A stretch of 64,000 nucleotides of DNA from a virus, in IMG/VR virus record IMGVR_UViG_3300045125_000034, positions 64,001 to 128,000 of that record. One strand, written 5' to 3'. The notes under the pieces were generated by a model. The model ran no database searches. It saw only the letters and a program-made list of their open reading frames with translations, and was not told the origin of the DNA. Positions 10,704 to 23,611 of this stretch are shown here, in pieces. The position numbers were made by a program, and so were the translations under genes. Position 1 is the first letter of the stretch. Every line of letters starts with the position of its first letter.

Positions 10704-11413
10704 TGAATATCATAGATGTCGTAATAGCCTACCGATTCGTCACGATTCTCTCAACCCCTTGGACGAGCATGGAGGCTTTCAAGTACGGCATCATAGACAA
10801 AAAGGGCAAGATCCTAAAGAAGAGAAGCCAACTGTCTACCCCGCAGGAAAAGGCTGCTTACCCTGATGTCTCTTCACCCTGTGTTGGAACATCAAGCGTA
10901 TTCTTGAAAAGGTCGGATTCAAGAGTCAGTTGACAAACTTTGCTGCCGCTCTGTGGCTACTCAAGGAGAAGTACGGCGAGACAGATCCCATGAAGTTTGA
11001 GAGGCTGCTGAACGATATCTTCAACGAGAGAGGTATATCCCTCAAGCCGATCATAGCCGAGCATAAGAACAACAACCTAATAGAGCCGGGCGTATACAGG
11101 CTCTACAACAAACTATACAGAGTTAAAGGAGTCGGTCAAGCCCGTTGGCGATGTGTTTGGAATCCCCGTCTTCAAGTTTGGCAACAAGGTCTTTATCCTT
11201 GACGAACTAAAGAGAGTGGCAGAAGACGGGGCTGTTGCTGCTCCTGCAAACAATGTTGGCGGTGGTGCTATGGCAGGCGTATCGCCGGGTCAGGAGCCAC
11301 CCATGCCAAAAAGCGTTGCCAAGAAGCGTAAGAAACTACTTAAGCGTCAGCAAGACAGAATGACAAAGGATGTGAAGACCCTGAATATCATTGATCCTTC
11401 AGGACAAAAGTGA
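10703..11413 (+). CDS. gp61.1-like conserved protein
   Basis: AYRFVTILSTPW..AFKYGIIDKKG..TPQEKAAY..AAALWLLKE, a C-terminal EDG..PANNVGGG segment, and position just upstream of primase. Confidence 0.75.
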
Positions 11414-11562
11414 TATAGGTTCTATGTATACAAGAAACTTGTGAGATTGACAAAATAATCGACAATCTTTACTTGACATTCCAAAACCCCCCAACTTTAG
11501 TTAAAATTGGTGTTGGGTTGAAATCACTACTTGCAATAAGTCACTAACTGCCACATTGTCAC

Positions 11563-11590
11563 TTGATTTGCCCCGTGTTTATGATATACT
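11563..11590 (+). promoter_or_regulatory. sigma70-type promoter of primase
   Basis: TTGATT, 16 nt, TG-A-TATACT (extended -10); ATG at 11598. Confidence 0.65.
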
Positions 11591-11597
11591 AGCCGCA

Positions 11598-12640
11598 ATG
11601 GGCTTCCTTGAAATCAAGTACATCAATATGGTCTCCCCACGGCTAACCCGTTTCGTATGGAAGAAGACGAACAATCTAGCCACATGCAGGTGTCCAATAT
11701 GCGGAGACTCCAGAGAAACCGAACCAAGACCCGCTTCTACTTCTACGAAAGGAAGGGTGGCTTTATGTCAAGTGCCACAACTGTGACTATGGAACAACCT
11801 CGCACGATTCCTTGAGCAGTTTGACAGGGGACTCTTACGACCAATACATTATGGAGAAGTACCGAAGCGGGCTTGCATAGGGCAACGAGCCAAAGCCCGA
11901 CTCTCAAGTTTGAGCAACCAAGATTCAATACAGTGAAGCGATAGACCAAATAAGGGAGCAGGAGGCTATCGGACTCCCTTCACTTGACTCGCTTCCGCAG
12001 GATCATCTTGCGGTAGAGTTTGTCCGTAGTCGCCTGGATCCCGAGAGACAAGTGGGGGCTTCTATACTACGCAGAACACTTCGGAGAGTGGGCAAAAACC
12101 ATAGACCCTGAGAAGGAGCTGGGCGATGAGCCGAGACTCATCACACCCATCATTCGTGGTGGCAGACCGACCGGTGCTAACTGCCGTGCTTTGGACAGCA
12201 GGCAGGGGCAAGAACATTCTTGCCACATCACTCTACGCAAAGAGAAGGACGAAGACCGCCCGTGGTTTGGTCTAGACAGGCTGAACCCCAAGGAACAGGT
12301 TATCGTGGTGGAGGGTCCAAGCTAGACCCCTGTTCCTACCAAATGCAGTAGCCATGTCGGGGCTAGGTAAATGCACAAGCCTACCCAAGGAGTTGGGTGA
12401 GTCTCCCATCTTTGCCTTGGACAAACGAGCCAAGAAACAAGGAGTCGGTCAAGACCATGAATGAGTTGATCGCTATGGGCAGGTCGGTATGCTTTTACAC
12501 AAGTAAAGTCACGCAGAAGGACATAAACGAAATGGTCCTCGCGGGTCACGCGCCTGCCCGCGTGTGCGAGATGATAAAGCGAAAACGCCCGTCAAAGGAC
12601 CGTCTGCCAAACTAAAATGATGACTTGGAAACGCTGCTGA
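11598..12640 (+). CDS. gp61: T4 gp61-like DNA primase, indel-split
   Basis: Zn finger CRCPICGDS..KCHNC, TOPRIM VVEGP, DNEPRNKE and KDINEMVLAG; ends WKRC*. Confidence 0.95.
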
Positions 12641-12656
12641 AAGCCTAAATAATGGC

Positions 12657-13077
12657 ATGAAGCGTTTCACAGAATTCCTGAAGGAGACTTCCATAGTGAC
12701 CGACCGCCAAATGGTCAAGAAGTCCTATGGCTCCTTCCACGGGCAAGGTACTGTCTTTGTGTGGGTAGCCATCTCAAAGGGCAAGGTATACAAGACAGGA
12801 AAGATTGCGTCAGTAGATGTCACAGATGCCGGCGAAGGCAGCAGTTAGACAGATCGCTCATGATTTGCAGGCAGATGTTGACACCATGCGTGTCGGCCTG
12901 GCAGAGATGGTAAGACCTTGGCTGGATGTTGATGTGACAAGAGTGGAGTCATCTCAACATCGCGGTAGACATCGGAGACTTGGGAGATTTGGACAAGCCC
13001 GAAGGAACAGGCAAAGCTTCAAGAAATCAAAGCCACCAAGAAACCAATCACTAGCAATCACAAAACTGAATTTCTAA
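12657..13077 (+). CDS. hypothetical protein with T4 internal-protein-like leader (MKRFTEFLKE)
   Basis: Late motif CTAAATA at 12645; leader resembles the T4 capsid-targeting sequence MKTYQEFIAE. Confidence 0.65.
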
Positions 13078-13093
13078 ACAAGGAGTTTACATA

Positions 13094-13848
13094 ATGGATA
13101 CTTTGAAGATGGATGATCGCCATACCGTTAAGGTTTTGGACCGAGGGTTCGTGAAGTACATTGACCATATGGGAAGCGACTTGATGGTAGCCAATGCCGC
13201 CCGTGTCTCGTTCAACAAGGCGAGTGATTGGGACGTGGAAGGAACCTCCATTGGAGTGGTTCCCGCGAACACAAACTATCGGAACGGGATCAGAAACTCG
13301 TCAAGTATCTTGCAACTCACAAGCATTGGACTCCCGTTTGCTCATCCGCAGCATTACCTTGCACATCAAGGCTCCAACCTCCATTCGAGATCGCTAACTC
13401 TTCAAGCACAAGCAAGGGTTTGTGGAGCAGCCTTGAAGTGAGCCGTCGTTATGCGGTAAAGGGACGAACCTTTGACTTCTATGTGCCTGATTGGCGTTCT
13501 GCTCCAACCAACGGAGCCAAGCAGGGTAGCGATGACTTCATGACAGAACTAGTAACAAACGATCTAGACCGTGCCTACAGCCGTGTCGCTCTTGATGCTG
13601 TGGATACTTACAACATGCTTCTTACAGGAGGGTGTTGCCCCCGAGCAGGGCCGGGATTTGTTCCACACTCAAGGCACTTTACACCGAGTGGTGGTGGACA
13701 GGAAGTCTTGCCGCATACGCCCGCGTGTACGCACTACGCTCAGACCTGCATGCTCAATGGGAAGTACGGGAATACGCAAAACGCTATTTATCTTCGATTA
13801 GACCGCTATTCCCCTCTGTGTCGTGGGAGGCTCTTTGCCCACCCCTAA
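13094..13848 (+). CDS. thyX: flavin-dependent thymidylate synthase, indel-split
   Basis: GFVKYIDHMGSDLMVANAARVSF, KYLATHKHWTPF, EVSRRY, GVAPEQ.R, HAQWEVREYA. Confidence 0.95.
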
Positions 13849-13857
13849 ATACCTCTA

Positions 13858-15693
13858 ATGGAGCAGTCTGACTGGTCAAATCAAGAGCCATCCGACGAGA
13901 AAGAATTCCTTCCAAGAGTTTGCAGAGTTCTTGGAGTCGGATACCGAGTCAAAACCTTTAAGAGAGGTTGCCGATGGTCTACAGGAGAGCAAGGCGAACG
14001 CGGAATGCGGGTCTTCGTGGTCTCCGTGGTATTACAGACCGAAAGGTGAGAAGTGGTGACAAGCGTGAGAGGCGAAAGCGCGGAAAGGGTGCGACGGGCT
14101 ATTCAGGATCGCAGGGAGCCACGGGCGCACAAGGACTTCAGGGTGCTACGGGGCCACAGGGAGAGAAAGGTGAGAGAGGAGATCGCGGAGAACAGGGAGA
14201 ATCCGGGTCCTCAAGGGGTATCTGGCGCCCGCAAGGCAAAGTGGGCGAGAAAGGTGAGAGAGGGGATAAGGGAGAGCAGGGAGCAAAGGGCGAGAAGGGG
14301 TCCAAAGGGAGATCGCGGAGAGAAAGGCGATACGGGCGAAAAAGGCGATACTGGACTGAGACGAGATGGGTCTGTAGGTCCACAAGGAGAGCAAGGTCCA
14401 AAGGGAGACAAGGGTGATCGTGGTGAACGCGGACCCAAGGGCGACAAGGGTGATCGCGGGGATGTTGGACCAAGAGGCGACAACGGTGAACGAGGCGAGA
14501 AGGGTGATCGTGGTGATGTTGGTCCCACAGGTCCGCAAGGAGAGACAGGAGTTCTGCTAAGTACCCACTAAAGTACGGATGCCAAGAAGAAACTACTAAC
14601 CATAGACACCACAAAGTTGGTTGGTGGCGGTAGTGTAAGCCGAGATGGTGGCGGTGGTGGTCTTGATACGGCGTTCAAGTACATATCGGTATCGGGGCAA
14701 TCAGGTCTTACCTCAGTTCATACGATGCGGAGACTTTGACTTTCATTGGTGGGTACTGGCGTTAACATAACAACAGATTCATCAACAAATAAGCCTATCC
14801 ATATCTGCTACGGGTGGTGGCGGTGGCGGCACCCACCTTGCCCAATTTTACCTTTTCTGATACAGCCCCCCGCTAAGCAATAGATGGAGATAGGTGGTTT
14901 AATAGTACAAATGGAATTTTGCACACTTACATGTATGATGGGATTCTGGACAATGGGTTCAGAGTGACAGCGGAATCGGTGGGGATAATGGTAGTGATGG
15001 TGCTACAGGAGTTGCGGGTGCTACAGGATCAACGGGCAAAACCAAGTGCTACAGGATCAACAGGAAACATCGGTGCTATGAAAACACAGGATCAACAGGT
15101 AACACAGGTGCTACAGGATCAACAGGAAACACAGGTGATACTGACCACAGGGCAACACAGGTTCAACAGGGAAACACAGGAAAACACAGGATCAACTGGT
15201 AACACAGGTGCTACAGGATCAACAGGCAACATCGGTGCTACAGGAAACACAGGATCAACGGGGTCAGACAGGTGCTACAGGTCAAACTGGTGCAACGTAC
15301 AGACAGATCAACGGGTCGACAGGATCAACTGGTAACACAGGAGCAACGGGTCAGACCGGGCGTTACAGGAAACACAGGTATACTGGACCACAGGGCAACA
15401 CAGGTTCAACAGGAAACACAGGTTCAACAGGAAACACAGGTGCTACAGGTAACACAGGTGCTACAGGTAACACAGGTGATACTGGACCACAGGGCAACAC
15501 AGGTTCAATGGTGCCCAGGTGCTACAGGAAACACAGGTGCTACAGGGAAACACAGGTGCTACAGGTAACACAGGTTCAACAGGAAACACAGGTTCAACAG
15601 GAAACACAGGTGCTAAGCATAGGTCAAACAGGTAACAGGGAGCACTCGTCCGCAGGACCTTGATTTGTGATTGCTATGGCAATAGCCCTATAA
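13858..15693 (+). CDS. collagen-like (Gly-X-Y) plus Gly-X-Thr repeat fibre protein, indel-split
   Basis: GEKGDRGPQG repeats at ~13970-14550, GDRWFNS motif, [10 protein letters not shown] repeats at ~15000-15640, C-terminal IAMAIAL*. Confidence 0.8.
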
Positions 15694-15696
15694 ATA
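15689..15696 (+). promoter_or_regulatory. T4-type late promoter TATAAATA
   Basis: Exact consensus before ATG 15710. Exact or NTAAATA variants also precede genes at 2137, 3059, 7590, 8187, 12645, 13845, 20319 and 28225 (+), and at 31668 and 41697 (-). Confidence 0.8.
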
Positions 15697-15709
15697 CACA
15701 GGAGAACCC

Positions 15710-16364
15710 ATGAAGAAACTACTAGGACAAGACGCATCAGGCACATACGCATTCAACCCCACAGCCAAAACTGTGACATTTTCAGGGTTGAGTCAGGCTA
15801 TCACTCTAGCCAACATTCTTCTCATTACCAATGTCACCGCAAACACCATTATCTACAATTTTGCCAGTTCATCCACAGGTGCGGTGAGTTTTGCCAACAA
15901 TGTGCTGACGCTTGACTACGACACCACATCCATGAACTCTAGCAGGATGTGCTGCAAGTCTATCTTGACCTTGCAGGTGAGGAATCCCTTCACGACCTTC
16001 TTCGCCGCATGAACAAACTGCTGGAAAGCAATGCGGTGGTGGACACCGATTGCGTCAGAGAGTGGCGATTGATGCCATTGGAACCAGCACTGCTGGTTCT
16101 GCACCAACCGAAGTTAACGCAACTGTTCCTGTTTCTGGTACGGTTACGGCAACGGTCTATCGGATCCATGACAACTATATCCATAGGAGCAATAACGATA
16201 TTCAGTATGCACAGAGCAGTCAGGTTAATCCATATGCAAGTCACAAGCAATGTTACACTTGTGCTAGGACTATGAACGGCTCGATTGACGAGCGTTGGCG
16301 TATTGCCGATGATGCAAGAAACCTTTATGCTTCCGCAATTCGCTCTAAACTTTCATTCTCATAA
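15710..16364 (+). CDS. virion structural / tail-associated protein
   Basis: YAFNPTAKTVTF..ILLITNVTANTIIYNFA..LTLDYDTTSM.S.DVLQVYLD, a motif common in cyanophage fibre N-termini. Confidence 0.7.
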
Positions 16365-16376
16365 TAGGATTAAACA

Positions 16377-19296
16377 ATGGCAGTAACTAATCTACTAAAG
16401 ACACAAGTTGACCAACCCGTATTTGAGTGGTTGCGTTTTGCTCCTGTAGCAACAGTCGGCACTTCAGCACTCACAAGCCAAAACGACCAATCAGGACGCT
16501 ACTTCTGGTATGTGAACGCACAGGCTCTTTGGCGTTACGACACCTATTCAGACTCATGGCAAGAACTCGCACCACCGAATACTGCATCTACCACCTCAAC
16601 CACCGCTAAATGGCAGCTCAACCAACAGGTAATCGTGGTCACATCTATTGCTGCCACATCCGATACCATAACCACAGGATTTGTAGGCAGAAAACTTCCG
16701 GGCAGGAACCAAGATTCGTATTATTGCAGGCAAAGGTGCAGGACAAGAGCGAACCATCCTCAAGCGTTGCTGACCCTGTAATTGCAGACTTTGGAATTAT
16801 TACTGCCACCTCAGGTGCGCTTACTTTATCAGACAGCACCAAAAAGTGGCGAGTTCAACCAATGGGACGGATACACTTGCCGATTGGTATTAAACCAAGG
16901 TATGAGTCAGTTCCGCAAGATTCAGTATAACGAGCACCACAACCCTGACTTTCTCGGATATCAACTGGCAAGCAATAGATTCGTGGAATAATACTGGATG
17001 GTCCATAGTATCGCCATACGCTGCTCCTCTATCCACGGCAGGCTCACAGGGTCACTACCAAATTGAATCTCAAGTGCTTACCGTTGACTCTTCATGGACT
17101 GTTACCCCCGACCAAAGTTCAGTTTACATGATTATGGAAGGCGGCATGTGGATGCTTACTTCAACTTTGCATCAACACCTTTGCTGTTCTGCAATGGTAT
17201 GATGCCTTGACTGACGCATGGGCGACTAAAACTCCTGTTAGCGGACATTTTACTGCTGGTGTAGCAAGCGGTAACAACGACCTTGCGTTTGAGCGAATTG
17301 GTGAGGTTGGTGGTGCTACTGCGGGTGCTAATGGTGCGTTTGTCTCGGGACCTACTGCAACCGCAGGAGCAGCGTATACTTTGACTGACAGCGGCGTAAC
17401 TATGGAGCGTGACCGTTACGCCAACTACGAATTGCGTATCACTTCAGGAACAGGTATAGGTCAGAAGCGTAGAATTGTAGGCAACAGCCCAACCGCATTT
17501 TATGTGAATCGCAAGTGGGATATCACGCCAGACAACACTTCTGTTTACGCTGTATACGGCAACACAAATCTTATATGGTTGTCTAACGGAGGCGGTGGTT
17601 CTGCTCTTCACGGATATGCTGTGGAAGAAGACATTTGGCACTCGGCTCACCTTACCGATTACGGCATTGCCAGCAAACATTACTGCAACACCATCTGCCG
17701 CGCAGGATATGGTCCTCCACACGAAGGGTTTGCTGTTACATCTATTGTTCGCACCACAAGCGGAATTCTTTCAGGCACGGTAAACGCCGCAGGCACAGGG
17801 TATGTGGTTGGTGATTTGGTGACTTGTTCTACCACAGGAACTCTTGGCACATTCTTTGTGACTGCTGTAAACACCTCTACAGGTGCAGTCACCGCTCTTG
17901 AACTTGCAGCAAGCGGTTCAGGTTACGCGAACGGTTCGTCCAACACTACAGGTGGTTCTGGTTCCGGCCCGCAATTACACTAACGGTTGGAACAACGGCT
18001 CTTGTAACCACAGCCATGAACCACGATTTCCGTCCTCCTATAGCGGGGTTGCACAAGAGTCTGTGACAATTGCAGGCTGTGCAACCGGATACTTCATTCA
18101 ATGCTACATTCAACGTGATTGGCGTGAGCAGTTACGTCATTCTCTATTGCTGCTCCAAGCAGTAGTGCATCACCAACCGCAGCATCATCACAATCCACTA
18201 CTTGTTTGTGGACGCTGCCAAAAACTGGGATACCAACGAATTGGTGGGCAAGATACTGGTCATATGGACATCAGGAGTTACCCCAACGGTGCAGGCTCGT
18301 AAGATTTCTGCAAATACGGCTACCACCATTTCATTCTCTTCAGGTGCAATCACCGCAGCAACCAACGGCACAAGCCGTTACGCCATACAAGAGCCAAGAG
18401 CGTTTGGTGCGGCGGTGGTAGACAAAGTTGCAACCCGTTCTCCGTTTGGATGGGCTACATCAGGAACCGCAACCACTTTGGTGGACAGCACTAAAACTCG
18501 GACACGCAATCAATGGACCAACTCACCGTGTTCGTATTATTTCAGGAACAGGCATCAGGAAACGAATCGGTTGTTACAGGTAATACTGCAACCACTCTGA
18601 CTGTTGCATCGTGGGGTGTTGCTACACCTGATACTACATCCAAATACGAAATCTTGGACTCACACGGAATCGTTACAACAGGCGGCACAAACTCGTTTAC
18701 CGATTCCGCTAAAAACTACACAACCAACATCTTGGTGGGTAAGCGTTGCAGAATCATTGCAGGAACCGCTATGGGCAACGAAGCCACAATTACTGCAAAT
18801 ACCGCAACGACTATTACTGCCGCAGTAGGAACCACAGATACCACAAGCGTGTATGTGGTATACGAGCCAACAACAACAGGTGCAGGTCAAGGATTGATAT
18901 ACCCATATAATCTGACTGATTCTGCACGAAAGGGAAGAATTTTAGTGGCTCCCGTGGTGCTGCTTCCACTCAGATTAACATTTACGATATTCCCACAAAC
19001 ACATGGCAGATTACCGAATATTTTCAACCACAAACTGTAACTCTGACCACAGGTTCCATGTTTGCGTATGATGGTGCAGACTCAATACTGTTCACAAAGG
19101 ATACCACAGGTCGTGTATAACGAAATGAAGTTGGATACTCTTTGAAATTTATCCATCGGGAATTACGCCATATGCACATGGTACGGCAGTAATCAATAAC
19201 CGAATGGAAGTTGTAAAAACTGTAGATGGTTTGAAGTATCTGTATATCATGCGTCATTCTGGATTTGAAATGTGGAGAACGCTGAAGTTCTGGTAA
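16377..19296 (+). CDS. large Thr/Gly-rich tail fibre/appendage protein with internal repeats
   Basis: MAVTNLLKTQVDQPVFEWLRFAP; repeated DS.K.W..N......RI..GTG.GQ...I..NTATT units; ends YLYIMRHSGFEMWRTLKFW*. Confidence 0.75.
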
Positions 19297-19308
19297 TAGG
19301 AGAACCCG

Positions 19309-19615
19309 ATGGCACTACAAAAAACAATCTATACGGCAGACAACACAGGAGCATCGTCTAACTACTGGAAGATTCGTTCTGTGTTATTGAATCACACAGA
19401 AGGCAATGGAACGATAACAATAGACGGATATGTTTCAGAGCAAGCACGGCAAACAGGTCGTGTTCCGCTTGAGACTAGAGTTGTTCCTGTAAGCGAATAC
19501 CCAACTCGGTTTTCTCCCTGCGGCTATTGATGAGGCAGGGATGAACGAAGTAAAGGCTGGTTATGTGTTTCTGAAAAGCCTAGTTGCGGACTCTCAAGGT
19601 TCAGAGGATGTTTGA
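19309..19615 (+). CDS. small tail-fibre-associated protein
   Basis: SD AGGAG; MALQKTIYTADNTGASSNYWKI..GYVSEQAR..GYVFLK..SEDV*. Confidence 0.6.
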
Positions 19616-19633
19616 AGTTTGCTTCGTAATTTA

Positions 19634-20003
19634 TGGACCCAATCAAGAAAATAAACCTAAAAAGAGGACTTACAAGCGGCAGTCAGCCCATTCAGAGTTG
19701 TCTTTTGGTGAACTGGCAGTCAATACATTTGATCGCAAGTTCTTCATGGGTTCTAGTCAAGATGAGGTTCTTGACTTTCCAATAGAGAGAACCTTCTTCT
19801 ATGAAACAGCCACCGCATTTCAATATGACTTGGATGCAGGAGCCTTCGGGGCAACTTGCTCAGAGTATCATTTCAAGTTTGGCGACAGACTGTTGCTTAG
19901 GGATACATTAGACCAGCTTTGGTATATCTTCCTGCTACGGGAGGAACTGGAACAACCGCTGATTGTATTCCGGGAGTGTGGGTTGAACTTCCGGGAGGAG
20001 TGA
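19634..20003 (+). CDS. fibre-associated protein
   Basis: INLKRG..ELSFGELAVNTFDRKFFMG, a fibre N-terminal motif. Confidence 0.55.
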
Positions 20004-20005
20004 TA

Positions 20006-20293
20006 ATGCCAGTACAGTTCCCATCCAATCCCTCACCAAATGAAACTTATGTTTATCCGGGTCTACCCGCAGCGAGTGTCTATTGGCAATGGAACGGGTT
20101 TGGTTGGGCGTTCAGAGGAGCAACAGGGGGAGTAGAGCCACCATCAGCCCTTGTGCCGGGCCAAACTCAAATAGTCCTGTTCCAATCCTACGAAAACCAA
20201 GGAATTCCTATGGGAGCAGATACAGGTGCTTTGTGGTTCAACACCGACAGCGGGATTCTATACACCTATGTGGGCGGGCAGTACAGGATTTGA
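20006..20293 (+). CDS. small fibre-associated protein
   Basis: MPVQFPSNPSPNETY..WQWNGFGW and GALWFNTDSGILYTY. Confidence 0.55.
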   Translation: MPVQFPSNPSPNETYVYPGLPAASVYWQWNGFGWAFRGATGGVEPPSALVPGQTQIVLFQSYENQGIPMGADTGALWFNTDSGILYTYVGGQYRI

Positions 20294-20349
20294 GGACGCA
20301 TGGGTTCAGGCAACCATCCTAAATAACGATATCACACTACCTTCGTAAT

Positions 20350-23300
20350 ATGCAATTCCCATCATCTCCAACACCCGCGACACTTACAGCATCGGCAACA
20401 AGACATGGCGATGGAATGGTTTCGCTTGGGACTCCGTAATAGTAGACCTGAATGTAACTGGCAATCTCACCGTAGGCGGCAACATGACCGTCAGCGGAGG
20501 GGTTACCTCATCTTTCAGCGAGACCCTTGTAATAGAAGACAACATCATACTGCTGAACTCTAATGTCACGGGCGGGTCTCCATCCGAGAACGCAGGCATA
20601 GAAGTTAGCCGTGGTGCTTCTGCGAATGTTCAGTTGCGTTGGAATGAGAGTACAGACAAGTGGCAGTTCACCAACGATGGTACTGCCTACTACAACATAC
20701 CAACGGCTGATTATGTCAGCAGCATAACCGGCACAACAAATCAGATAAGTGTAAGCGGAAGCACGGGGAGTGTGGTTGTAGGGATTCCTAACAGCCCGTA
20801 CATACCCGGCAATCTATCCATAACAGGCTCAAACATAACAATCGTAGGCACTCGTTATGCTCCTAGTTACTTGACATTCAATACAGGTAATACCGCCGAG
20901 ACCCCCTATACGAATCAGGAATAGTCATAAACCGTGGTAGTTTAGGAACGCCTGCGTCTTTCTATTTTGCAGAAGCCAATCCCTATTATCCGGGAGGACC
21001 ATTACCTGCACGGTGGGTCTATACCAACGGAACAGATACTTCGTATTTGCCCGCATCAATGACAGATTTTGCGGTAAAGAATGCCAACAATAACTTTAGT
21101 GCTTCCCAAACTATATCAACGGGTGGAGGTTCTATTACTCTAGTTGATACAGACACCTCCCACGCCATGTCTGTTCTTCCTGCTAATGGTTATTTGCAAT
21201 ACGAAGATAATAGTGTTTCTAGTACACAAGTTTTGCAGTTTGCAGATTTGTATACAGCAGCAGGAGGCGGTGGGTTAGACCCAACTCCGGTCAACTATAC
21301 AGTAACTCTACCTGCTGCAACCTGTACACTTGCAGGACTTGGTTTAGCACAAACATTCTCTGCTTTACAGACCTTTACGGCAGGAATCACAGCCGATTCC
21401 CTATATGTTTCTGGTGGTGCTACATTCTCAAGTACTGTTGATGTTTTCGGAGATCTTCATGCTCCAAACATCGTCTACTCATTTGGTGGCAAAACAGGAA
21501 CAGTTGGTGCAGGCATAACAAGCACCCAAATCCTGTATTGGAGTGCGAATGATGTCACGGGGTCAAACAACTTCACCTTTGATGGCGTTGATGTTGTAAC
21601 CCTAGCAGACACAGGGACACTTTACGGGAAGGTTCTTGGGTCCAACTCTTGTACCCATCAAGAACACATCGGGCGGAACTATCACAAAAGGAACTCCGCT
21701 TTACGCAACGGGTTCTGTAGGAAATAGCGGCGTAGTAGAAGTAGCAGGATGTAGTGCATCCGACTCTACAAAGATGCCTGCAATCGGTCTTGCAGCAGAA
21801 ACCTTGGGTATAAACGGACAAGGACATGCTGTTGTCTTTGGTGTAATCAAGAATGTGGACACAACAGGCTACTCTATAAACGGAACCGTATTCGTTGCTC
21901 CTAACGGCGGTCTAACCGGAACGAAACCAACAGGAGCAAACGACCAAATTCAAAATGTTGGTCGCGTGGTTCGGGTTCACGCATCCACAGGTGAAATTCT
22001 TGTAAGTGCAATTGGCAGAAGCAACGATGTTCCGAACATACTTCAGGCTCGTTCTTATCTTCTGATGCCCAACGGTCAGACCGCGACTTCTGTAGTTACA
22101 ACTTGGAACGGTGCTAGTGGTCCAGTGAACCTTCAACAACTATGTTTCATCCAATGTCGCGGGCGTGGGTATAGCGGTCAGTTCAGCAACGGGCGCAGTA
22201 ACCATAAGCAATGTTGGTGTTACATCGGTCAACGGTGCAACGGGAGCGATTGCAAACATTGCAGTAACCAACGCAGCAGCAGACTTTCAGCGGATTGCAG
22301 ACATTCACCAACTGGTCTGTCTTCGGGATCTACGATCACAGTCAATAACGCAGTTCAGGGGCTAACAAATAGCAACTCACTTGTCTTGAGGACTGCGGTC
22401 AACAAGTTCAAACTATATCACCATAGGTGCTACCGGAGAACAACATGACTATTGCTCCCGGCAGCGGTAGTCTAATGCGTGTGACTACGGGGTATGGTTC
22501 GGTGTTTGGTCAGACTTCTGAGCTGTCAAAGAGCCAAATTGGTACTACAGGGAAACGATAACGACACTCTAACCTTTGATGTAACCATAGACCCATCATC
22601 TGCACTATCGGCTAGTAGAACTCTTGACCTGCCCCGATGCTTCGATGGAACTATCGCTCTAACAAACTCTGTAGTTACCTCTGCGGTCGCGGGCGTAGGT
22701 ATCGCGGTTAGTGGTGCTACAGGTGCAGTAACTATAAGCAACAGAGGCGTAACCTCATTCAATGGTTCAACAGGAGCAATCACCTATTACCCACCGACTG
22801 CTACCACAAGCGTCACGGGTATGGCTTCGTTTGACACCAACAACTTCTCGGTATCAAGCGGTGCAGTAGTATCAAGGCGGGAGGTGTAACTAACGGTTCT
22901 CTCGCCAACTCTTCAGTTACGGTAACGGCGGGTGTTGGATTAGCAGGAGGCGGCTCGGTTGCTTTGGGGTCTTCGGTAACCCTGAACAATGTTGGTGTAA
23001 CTTCGTTCAATGGTTCAACAGGAGCAGTCACTTACGCTCCACCTCCAGCCACCTCAAGCGTTACAGGTGTTGCATCGTTCGGTAATCAGTTCAATGTTTC
23101 AGCAGCAGGAGCAGTGATCTCTAACTGCTAACTATGTCTCAAGTGTCAACGGTTCAACAGGAGCAGTTGTTAGCGTAGCAGTCACAGGAGCCAATACATT
23201 CACGGGACTACAAACCATGAATGCAGTGGATTAACTGCAACAACCATATATGCAACGAGTGGTGCTACTTTTGCGGGCGCGGTGTCATCGGATACAGGCT

Positions 23301-23611
23301 ATCGGGTTTCATCAAGTGCGGTAAACACTCAAACAGGAACTACCTACAGCCTAACTGCTTCAGACAACGGTAAAATCATCACCATGAACAATGGTGCTAC
23401 AAGTACTGTAACTGTAATTGGTGGTCTTCCTGTAGGATTCAACGCAACAATCATTCAGTTGGGTGCAGGAAGTGTTGGCTTTACTTCGGCTAGCGGTGTT
23501 ACCTTGAACAGTTTTGCCTCTTCTCTAAACATGGCAGGACAGCACGGTGCTGCTACTGTGATAGCCTATGCAACCAACATCTTCAATCTATCGGGAACCT
23601 TGACTGTATGG
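20350..23611 (+). CDS. long tail fibre-like protein, indel-split
   Basis: MQFPSSPT..KTWRWNG, VIEDNIILLN..AGIEVSRG..LRWNESTDKWQ, KNTSGGTITKGTP..MPAIG, VTSFNGSTGA repeats, C-terminal QTGTTYSLTASDNGK..GFNATIIQLGAG. Confidence 0.75.
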
